Origin: an uncultured Agathobaculum sp.
GTDB lineage: Bacteria; Bacillota; Clostridia; Oscillospirales; Butyricicoccaceae
DNA: 32,000 bases
Direction of reading: 5' to 3'
Assembly (NCBI GenBank): GCA_944384695.1
Contig: CALWUQ010000009.1
Coordinates: forward strand, 1,297-33,296
Part shown: one piece after another, positions 25,893 through 32,000 of the stretch
How the letters are laid out: each line of letters opens with the position of its first letter
Numbering within the stretch: the first letter of the stretch is position 1
Position numbers and translations under genes: made by a program
Notes under the pieces: generated by a model
The model's database searches: none
What the model saw: only the letters and a program-made list of their open reading frames with translations
What the model was told of the DNA's origin: nothing

Positions 25893-26621
25893 ATGCCAAG
25901 GCCGAGCTATTTTTCAATTCTGACAGCAGACGTGCGCTATGACACAGGTCTGTCTGACTTTGCAAAGCTGCTGTACAGCGATATTACCGCGCTGTGCAAC
26001 AAGAAGGGCTACTGTGACGCGACCAACGACTATTTCGCCACGCAGTTTGGCAAATCCAAGCGCACGATCAGTGCGACCGTGGGCGCACTCGCAGACGCGG
26101 GTTATATCTGCATCGAAGTCGAGCGGGACGCAAGCAACGCGGTCGTGGCACGCAAAATCTGGGTGCAGGCAAACGCCCGTGCCGCTGCGGAAAAGGTGCA
26201 GACCCCTATAGAAGAAAATTTCCATAGGTATAGAGAAAAACTTCCTGACCCTATGGAAGAAAACTTCTACCAATATAATAGGAAGAATAATACAAGTAAG
26301 AATAATACCCCTATAGTCCCCAAAGGGGACGACGGGCTGTTCGATGAATTCTGGGCGGCTTACCCGAAGCACGTTGCAAAGCAACCGGCGCGACGGGCAT
26401 TCGATCGGCTGAAGCCTGACAGGGCGCTGCTGGACAAGATGCTGGCGGCCTTGCAGTGGCAGAAGCAGACCGAAAGCTGGCAACGGGACAGTGGCCGCTA
26501 TGTACCAAACCCCGCGACATGGCTCAATGCCCGCCGCTGGGAGGACGAGCCGGAGGGCAGTCCCACGCCGCCCAAACCGTCCAAGCCGACCAAAGAGGAA
26601 CGGAGGTATGAGCATTGGTAA
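25893..26621 (+). CDS. phage replication initiator / replisome-organizer-like protein
   Basis: ATG 25893 lies after GGGAGG. The N-terminal winged-HTH-like region is SYFSILTADVRYD..LS..AKLLYSDITALCNKKGYC.ATNDYFA..FG.S.RTIS..V..L. The C-terminal FDEFWAAYPK...YVPNPATWLNARRWEDE block is common in phage replication proteins. Confidence 0.75.
   Translation: MPRPSYFSILTADVRYDTGLSDFAKLLYSDITALCNKKGYCDATNDYFATQFGKSKRTISATVGALADAGYICIEVERDASNAVVARKIWVQANARAAAEKVQTPIEENFHRYREKLPDPMEENFYQYNRKNNTSKNNTPIVPKGDDGLFDEFWAAYPKHVAKQPARRAFDRLKPDRALLDKMLAALQWQKQTESWQRDSGRYVPNPATWLNARRWEDEPEGSPTPPKPSKPTKEERRYEHW
26203..26316. repeat. iteron-like direct repeats in an AT-rich patch inside the replication gene (candidate origin)
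   Basis: CCTATAGAAGAAAATTTC (26205-26222) and CCTATGGAAGAAAACTTC (26250-26267) share 16 of 18 positions. CCCCTATAG occurs at 26203-26211 and again at 26308-26316. AAGAATAATA occurs twice (26283-26292, 26298-26307). There is an imperfect inverted repeat CCTATAGAA/TTCCATAGG. Confidence 0.5.
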
Positions 26622-27376
26622 AAGCGACACTCGACGCAGAGTACAGCGTGATCGGCTGCCTACTGGTTGACCCGTCGATCGCGGGCGAAATGCTGTACCG
26701 CACGCGGCCGGAGGACTTCACCGTTCCCGAGCTGCGCACGGTGTACAATGCCGCGGTCAAGCTGTTTGGTGCCGGGCGGCCGGTGGACGCGGTCACGATC
26801 CGCGGCGTGTGTGGCGCGGAGTATAACGACCTGCTGATGCAGTGCATGGATGTCACACCGACCTCGTTCGGCTGGCGCACCTACATATCCGCCATGCAGG
26901 AGCAGACACGGGTCACCCGGCTGCGGGCGCTGGCTGCCGAGCTTGCCGAGGTGCGCACAAGCGATAAGGCGCGCGATCTGCTCGGACAGGCAGGCGAGAT
27001 TTTGAGCGAAAAGAACCGCACGCAGGTCGTGACCATGCAGCAGGCGCTCGTGCAGTTTTTCAGCGAGCAAGGCGAAAAACGCCGCTTTCTCAGTTGGGGC
27101 TTTGATAAGCTCGACCGACGGCTGTATACAGACTACGGCGATTTTGTGATAGTTGCGGGACGTCCGTCCGCGGGCAAGACTGCGCTTGCCTTGCAGATGG
27201 CGTCGCACATGGGGCGGCAGGACAAGGTCGGCTTTTACAGCCTTGAGACCAGCACTGCCAAGCTGACCAACAGATTGGTTGCGAGCCGCTGTATCATCGA
27301 CTTCGGCCATATCAACCGCCGCGAGATGACGCCCGAGGAGTGGGAGCGCGCAGCTAAGTGGAAAAAAAAGTCTTAG
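26615..27376 (+). CDS. DnaB-like replicative helicase, N-terminal portion (through Walker A), ends at TAG just after an A8 run
   Basis: TTG 26615 lies 8 nt after GGAGG. It has a DnaB N-domain-like LDAEYSVIGCLLVDPS and the Walker A VAGRPSAGKTALAL. The zero frame reads TGG AAA AAA AAG TCT TAG. Confidence 0.8.
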   Translation: MVKATLDAEYSVIGCLLVDPSIAGEMLYRTRPEDFTVPELRTVYNAAVKLFGAGRPVDAVTIRGVCGAEYNDLLMQCMDVTPTSFGWRTYISAMQEQTRVTRLRALAAELAEVRTSDKARDLLGQAGEILSEKNRTQVVTMQQALVQFFSEQGEKRRFLSWGFDKLDRRLYTDYGDFVIVAGRPSAGKTALALQMASHMGRQDKVGFYSLETSTAKLTNRLVASRCIIDFGHINRREMTPEEWERAAKWKKKS

Positions 27377-27885
27377 AAAGCAAGCTGGAGCTGATTCCCG
27401 CGTCCGGTTGGGGCGTACAGGACATTCTGGCGACCGCGCTGGCGCGGCAGCACCGGGTCGTGTTTGTCGACTATTTGCAGCTCATTCGTGCGGCCGGGCG
27501 CAACCGTACCGAACAGGTGACCAACATTTCGCTTGCGCTGCACGAGATGGCGCAGGCACACGGCATTCTGGTCGTCGCACTCAGTCAACTTAATCGCGCC
27601 AGCACGGATCGCGCGGACGCAACGCCTACGCTGGCTGATCTGCGCGAGTCAGGCCAGATCGAGCAGGATGCGGACGCGGTGCTTGCACTGTACATCGACC
27701 CGGATGAGGATGCGCCCATGGACGACCGCAAGCTGCGGGTGCTCAAGAACAAAGAGGGACGGCTGGGCGATTTCTCACTCGCGTTCGACGGCTCGACACA
27801 GAGTTTTGCGGAATACATGGACGGGCAGCTTGCCGCCGCTCGGCAGATCAAGAAAATGGGGAAGAAAACCGACGCATCCGCGTAA
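27358..27885 (+). CDS. DnaB-like replicative helicase, C-terminal portion (Walker B onward), in the -1 frame
   Basis: VVFVDYLQLI (Walker B), ALSQLNR, LADLRESGQIEQDAD and the RecA-like C-terminus. It continues ORF 26615..27376 after a -1 shift in the A run. Confidence 0.8.
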   Translation: MEKKVLESKLELIPASGWGVQDILATALARQHRVVFVDYLQLIRAAGRNRTEQVTNISLALHEMAQAHGILVVALSQLNRASTDRADATPTLADLRESGQIEQDADAVLALYIDPDEDAPMDDRKLRVLKNKEGRLGDFSLAFDGSTQSFAEYMDGQLAAARQIKKMGKKTDASA

Positions 27886-27904
27886 CGAAAACGGAGGTAC
27901 ATAC

Positions 27905-28168
27905 ATGAGCAAGATGAAAAAGATTCGTCTCTGCCTTGAGGTGCAAGGCCTCGGGCAGGACGATTTGGGCACGCCATGCCCTGCGGGTGTCTGTCTGACG
28001 CTGGGCGACGAGGACGCCGAGGAAATGACTGGCGCGGAGTACGAAACATTTTTGCAGCAGGTCAAGATCGAAGAAGTGTTGCGGCTGGTCTGCCTTGATA
28101 AGCTGTACACCCCGGCAGACTGCCGCCTGATGATGCCGGACGAGTACGACCGGAAATATGGGGAGTGA
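27905..28168 (+). CDS. hypothetical 87-aa protein
   Basis: ATG 27905 lies after ACGGAGGTAC. It is the in-frame tail of track ORF 27533..28168, whose upstream part overlaps the helicase. Confidence 0.5.
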   Translation: MSKMKKIRLCLEVQGLGQDDLGTPCPAGVCLTLGDEDAEEMTGAEYETFLQQVKIEEVLRLVCLDKLYTPADCRLMMPDEYDRKYGE

Positions 28169-28174
28169 GAGCAA

Positions 28175-28975
28175 ATGAAAACCATCAGCATTGTGAATTT
28201 GAAAGGCGGCGTCGGCAAGACGGTGACGGCGGTCAACCTTGCGGCGATCCTCGCCACCGAGTACAATGCGCGCGTGTTGCTGATCGACGCTGACCATCAG
28301 GGCAACGCCAGCCGATTCTACCGCATCCCGGCCGAGCCGGGCACGCTCGCCGACCTGTTTGAGGGCATGTGCCTGTGCTATGCCGACCTTGTCCAGCACA
28401 CGATTTACCGCGGGCTGGATGTCATTCCGGCGGACATGTCGCTCGCGGCGCTCGACCTTGACGGCAGTCTGCCGGGGGATGTAAACGGTGGCACGCCGCG
28501 TGACCGTGCGCTGCGCGTGCTGACCGACCTGCGTGACGCGGTCATCGAGGACGACGCCTATGATTATCTCGTCATCGACTGCCCGCCCGCGTTTTCGGTC
28601 GCGTCCATCAGCGCGGTCGCGGCGTCGAGCGACATCGTTATCCCAGTCAAGCCGGGTGCGTTCGAGATCGACGGCATGGCCGAGCTGCTGCGTCAGATTG
28701 ACGGCATCCGGCGCGTTAACGGCGCGGTGCAGGTGGGCGTGCTGCTGACCATGTGGCACAACGCGGATGTGGTCCGGCAGGGCGAGGACTGGCTGCGGGC
28801 AAATTGCCCTGTGCCGGTATTCGAGACCCGCATCCGGCGCACGGATAAGGTGGACGAAAGCACCTTTGCGCGCGAGCCGGTCTGCCAGTGGTCACCGACC
28901 TCGGCCGCTGCGCGCGATTACCGCGCGTGGGTGCGCGAGTATCTGGGAGGTGGCGCAGATGGCGCGGAAACTTGA
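28175..28975 (+). CDS. parA: ParA/Soj-type partition ATPase
   Basis: MKTISIVNLKGGVGKTVTAVNLAAILA is a deviant Walker A. LIDADHQGN and DYLVIDCPP are also present. Confidence 0.9.
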   Translation: MKTISIVNLKGGVGKTVTAVNLAAILATEYNARVLLIDADHQGNASRFYRIPAEPGTLADLFEGMCLCYADLVQHTIYRGLDVIPADMSLAALDLDGSLPGDVNGGTPRDRALRVLTDLRDAVIEDDAYDYLVIDCPPAFSVASISAVAASSDIVIPVKPGAFEIDGMAELLRQIDGIRRVNGAVQVGVLLTMWHNADVVRQGEDWLRANCPVPVFETRIRRTDKVDESTFAREPVCQWSPTSAAARDYRAWVREYLGGGADGAET

Positions 28976-30662
28976 TATTGGGGCGATGCTCGGCGACACG
29001 GTGTCCAAATTGAACACCATGCAGGTGCGTGAGATCGCGCTAAGTCAGCTCGAGGAAAACCCGGACAACTCCTATGCGCAGACCGGCATCGATGAGCTGG
29101 CCGAGTCGATTGAGGTAGTCGGTTTGCAGCAGCCGCTGGTGGTTGTGCCGGTGGAGGACGGCCGCTTTCGCATTCTTGCAGGTCACCGGCGGCGCAATGC
29201 GCTGGAAAAGCTGGAGCGCAAAACCGCGCCGTGCGTCGTGCTGGATGCCGACCTCGACCCGTCGCTGCGCGTGCTGATCCTGCACTGGACGAACACCATG
29301 GCACGAGGCGGCGCTGGCCTGACGGCTGAAAACACCTTTGCTGCCGCCAAGGAGATTAAGGAGGCGCTGGTCGACCTCAAGCAGCGCGGCGTGCTCGAGC
29401 TGCCGGGCAAGCTGCGCACTTATGTCGCGGACGTGCTCAAGGTGAGCGAAGCCGCAATCGCGCGGGCGGACGCGATAAATGCGCACCTATCGAAGGCGTG
29501 GAAGGGCGACTACAAAAAAGCCATCATCAACGATTCGGTCGCCTATGAGCTGAGCCAGTGCGATGACGAACTGCAGCGCGAGCTGCACGACCTGTACAAG
29601 GGGGAGATGTGGGGGTTAGACGCCAAAAAAGTCAAAGCACACAAAAAGGCCGCGGCTGCGGGCTTTGCGCCGTTGCAATGCCCAGCGGCGCAGTACGGCA
29701 TCCAGCCGTGTGTCGGCACGGACAAGCGCGCCGCGGCGGTCAAGCGCGGCGAATGCCTCGGCTGCTGCCACGACTGCGACAAGGCGGACGGCTGCGAGTG
29801 GGTGTGCGGCCCAGTCAGTAAAGCGAATCACGCCCGCATTCTGGCTGAGGAGCAAGAGAAAACACGCAAGCAGGAAAACGAGGCGTTCGAGGCATCGCCA
29901 CTTGGCAAGCTGCGGCGCCACATGCGAGAGACACTTGCAGTGTATGGCGTACATAGCAATGCCGATTTACCGGGCAGTTTGTATGGCTATGGCGCATGGA
30001 TTTGGACGAACAACCCGGCTGCGACCAGCCCGACCGGCATACAATCTATGCAGCGTATTGCAGATCATATTGGCATCGACCTGCAGGAGCTGCTGTTCGG
30101 CAACCCGGAGGGCGCGCCGCTGCGCCAGCTGGACGAGCAGATGCAGCAGGCGACCGCCGAGCCCATGCTCGCAGCACCATCCATCCCGGAAGTGCCCGAT
30201 ACCATCATCACCGCAGGCAAGGAAACGTGCCTGCCATGCGCGGCGTGGTTTTCGCCTGATGTGCTGCCGCCGGATGGTGCGCGCATCATTGCGCAGGATC
30301 GGGACGGGTTTGTCGATGAAGGGAAGTTCCTTGGCGGAGGACTAGATTCGGTCATCATGGAGTGGGATGAGGTTGTCCGCTGGACTCTCCACCCGGACGA
30401 CGAGGCGTACACCGAGCCGGTGCAGCAGGCGGTGCAGGAGCCGCAGCCCGCGCCGGTCTGGCACCCGTACCCGGTCGAGGAGCCGGACGAGGGACAGACA
30501 GTGCTGACGCTCACACACAACAACGAATTAAACGTAAATACTTATGACGTATATGTCTATCGCGAGGGAGCATGGTATCTTCCCGATATACCGCTCGATG
30601 TTGAGACGGAGGTGGATGTTAGCTGGTGGTCGGCAGAGCTGCCGCCGGAGGTAGTCAAATGA
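28959..30662 (+). CDS. ParB N-terminal-domain protein with Cys-cluster and long C-terminal extension
   Basis: ATG 28959 lies after GGGAGGTGG and overlaps the parA end. The ParB/Srx region is SQLEENPDN...ELAESIEVVGLQQPLVV...ILAGHRRRNA. There are 8 Cys in 46 residues (~29676-29812). The C-terminus has two W..P...G..V......W-type segments reminiscent of DUF551. Confidence 0.8.
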   Translation: MARKLDIGAMLGDTVSKLNTMQVREIALSQLEENPDNSYAQTGIDELAESIEVVGLQQPLVVVPVEDGRFRILAGHRRRNALEKLERKTAPCVVLDADLDPSLRVLILHWTNTMARGGAGLTAENTFAAAKEIKEALVDLKQRGVLELPGKLRTYVADVLKVSEAAIARADAINAHLSKAWKGDYKKAIINDSVAYELSQCDDELQRELHDLYKGEMWGLDAKKVKAHKKAAAAGFAPLQCPAAQYGIQPCVGTDKRAAAVKRGECLGCCHDCDKADGCEWVCGPVSKANHARILAEEQEKTRKQENEAFEASPLGKLRRHMRETLAVYGVHSNADLPGSLYGYGAWIWTNNPAATSPTGIQSMQRIADHIGIDLQELLFGNPEGAPLRQLDEQMQQATAEPMLAAPSIPEVPDTIITAGKETCLPCAAWFSPDVLPPDGARIIAQDRDGFVDEGKFLGGGLDSVIMEWDEVVRWTLHPDDEAYTEPVQQAVQEPQPAPVWHPYPVEEPDEGQTVLTLTHNNELNVNTYDVYVYREGAWYLPDIPLDVETEVDVSWWSAELPPEVVK

Positions 30663-30982
30663 ACCTGTCCGACTGCACAAAGGCCGATTTGCTATGGATC
30701 ATCAAAGCAATGTGCAAATATGACTTATCTGATCTCAGTCTGCAACGGGCCTTAAATGATCTGGAATGGGAGAAGGAGCAGGATCGGCTTGCCCGTGCGG
30801 ATCAGGCGCTTCAAACCGCATCTGCCGCGTCACAGCGGTATATCGAATTGCTCAAACCGTATGAGGGCATGCCACTCATAGAGGTGCCGATGGACGTTTT
30901 GCAGCAGGCGGACGCTGCACTGGCCGAGTCGCGCGCCGCGAATAAGCAGTGGGCGAAGTTGATGGGAGTGAAAATGAAATGA
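30659..30982 (+). CDS. hypothetical 107-aa protein
   Basis: ATG 30659 overlaps the upstream TGA (ATGA). GGAGGTAG SD upstream. Predicted helical, no family recognised. Confidence 0.5.
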   Translation: MNLSDCTKADLLWIIKAMCKYDLSDLSLQRALNDLEWEKEQDRLARADQALQTASAASQRYIELLKPYEGMPLIEVPMDVLQQADAALAESRAANKQWAKLMGVKMK

Positions 30983-31578
30983 GCCTAAAGCCGATCTTGT
31001 TTGACACCGAAATGGTGCGCGCGCTGCTGGAAGGTCGAAAAACGGTCACCCGGCGGGTGGTGAAGCCGCAGCCGGTGCTGGACGGCCATCTTTGGAAGCT
31101 GGGTGGCGCAGCGTGGAGCGACAGCGTGCTGTCCGTTCCTGTGATGCTTGGGCATAGCCTGTATAATCGCGCGCCATACCAGCCCGGTGATGTGCTGTGG
31201 GTGCGGGAGACGTGGCAAGTACAGCGTGGCGGCGGTTATATGTATATGGCTGATATGATCTGGCCATTCTGCACATCCATAACGCCAGACTGGAGGTGTG
31301 TACCTGATATTCCATGGAAACCATCAAATCATATGCCCCGCGAAGCTGCCCGCATCTTCCTGCAGGTGACCGACGTTCGGTGTGAACGGCTACAGGAGAT
31401 CACGTCCGATCAAATAGACGCAGAGGGTTTCAAAGGCGATCTGTCATGGTTTCAAATCGATTGGGATAGTGCTATCAAACCCATCGACTTTGACAGGTAT
31501 GGCTGGGAAGCAAACCCTTGGGTGTGGGTGATCGAATTCGAGCGGATTGGTAGAGAGGAGGCGAAACCCACTAAATGA
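30979..31578 (+). CDS. ASCH/PUA-like domain protein commonly linked to phage methylases
   Basis: ATG 30979 overlaps the upstream TGA. KPILFDTEMVRALLEGRKTVTRR, GDVLWVRETW and HMPREAARIFL.VTDVR.ERLQEIT match this phage family pattern. Confidence 0.6.
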   Translation: MSLKPILFDTEMVRALLEGRKTVTRRVVKPQPVLDGHLWKLGGAAWSDSVLSVPVMLGHSLYNRAPYQPGDVLWVRETWQVQRGGGYMYMADMIWPFCTSITPDWRCVPDIPWKPSNHMPREAARIFLQVTDVRCERLQEITSDQIDAEGFKGDLSWFQIDWDSAIKPIDFDRYGWEANPWVWVIEFERIGREEAKPTK

Positions 31579-32000
31579 ACATGGCTTACAATATGGATTG
31601 CATGGAGTACATGCGGACATTACCGGACAAGGCGTTTGATTTAGCTTGTGTTGATCCCATGTACGGTATAGGCGAAAATGGTGCAAAGTCCGGAAGTCGT
31701 GCAAAGTTAGCCAAACGAATAGATTATAAACCAGTGTGTGATGATCCGCCAACGGAGGAGTATTTTGCGGAGCTCTTTCGTGTGTCAAAACATCAAGTGA
31801 TTTGGGGAGCAAACCATTTTATAGCTGCATTTGGCAAAAATGCTTCATGTTGGCTTGTGTGGGATAAAAACAATGGCGATACGAATTATGCAGATTGTGA
31901 ACTTGCATGGACAAGTTTTCCGGGAGCTGTAAGAAAGTTTAAGTATTTGTGGGCTGGAATGCGGCAGGAACGGCAAGGGAAAAATCATCAATTTCGCATC
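31575..32000 (+). CDS. DNA methyltransferase (N6_N4 MTase, beta-class), 5' partial; continues beyond window
   Basis: Own translation gives MNMAYNMDCMEYMRTLPDKAFDLACVDPMYGIGE...FRVSKHQVIWGANHF.... DPMY is a variant of the DPPY catalytic motif. The ATG overlaps the upstream TGA. Confidence 0.85.
   Translation, partial: MNMAYNMDCMEYMRTLPDKAFDLACVDPMYGIGENGAKSGSRAKLAKRIDYKPVCDDPPTEEYFAELFRVSKHQVIWGANHFIAAFGKNASCWLVWDKNNGDTNYADCELAWTSFPGAVRKFKYLWAGMRQERQGKNHQFRI

Larger units (their letters stand above)
19540..32000. mobile_element. integrated temperate-phage-like element (left arm: integration, lysogeny control, morons, replication, partition, methylase); right end beyond window
   Basis: A tRNA-fragment junction and tyrosine integrase, followed by repressor/operator modules, a replisome organizer, a DnaB-like helicase, ParA/ParB-like proteins, an ASCH-like protein and an MTase. 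Base composition changes sharply at 20.7-22.9 kb. No structural genes lie within the window. Confidence 0.8.

Noticed and set aside
19540-32000. Search for hallmark defence or other special systems in the accessory region: CRISPR-Cas, restriction-modification pairs, retron/DGR reverse transcriptase, CBASS/Thoeris/Gabija-type large enzymes, classical type II toxin-antitoxin pairs.
   Set aside because: I saw no reverse transcriptase, cas-like gene, large ATPase/nuclease, cyclase or TIR/SIR2-like protein in any frame. The only MTase has no visible nuclease partner within the window. Only small proteins of unknown function and RNA-level candidates remain.

Overview
All family calls below come from motif recognition in the supplied translations and my own reading of the DNA. 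No database search was run.

The window has two parts.

(1) 1-19536 is ordinary chromosomal backbone of a high-GC, Clostridia-like Firmicute. That taxonomic guess is low confidence; it rests on gene content and GGAGGTGA-type Shine-Dalgarno (SD) sequences. Gene order:
- a KDG catabolic operon on the minus strand (kdgK 5' part, VOC protein, eda), followed by IclR and LacI regulators on the plus strand
- an esterase and a GNAT
- a DUF4364-lrgA-lrgB operon
- a long plus-strand run: PAT-type GNAT, radC, uvrB, MBL hydrolase, uvrA, then recJ, relA/spoT, HAD hydrolase, tatD

(2) 19540-32000 is the left arm of an integrated temperate-phage-like element.
- It starts at an orphan tRNA 3'-end fragment (putative att junction), with a tyrosine integrase next to it.
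- A visibly AT-rich mosaic lysogeny/moron region follows. It holds two tandem HTH_26 paralogs with three TGTAC-N8-GTACA operators, a YokE-like PH + SHOCT protein, a free-standing promoter+terminator unit that looks like a ~66-nt sRNA, and an XRE repressor with an ATATCAG repeat array and divergent promoters.
- Next comes a block of small genes: an oppositely oriented 97-aa cassette, two Cys-rich mini-proteins, a tail-anchored membrane protein and three HTH proteins.
- A replication/partition module closes the window: replisome organizer with an internal iteron-like AT-rich patch, a DnaB-like helicase split at an A_AAA_AAG site, ParA, a large ParB-like protein, an ASCH-like protein and a 5' partial DNA methyltransferase.

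I saw no hallmark of a known defence system (no CRISPR array, RT, large ATPase/nuclease or restriction enzyme). The best candidates for something undescribed are:
- the sRNA-like unit next to the PH-SHOCT gene
- the self-contained cassette facing the early promoter
- the possible recoding site in the helicase
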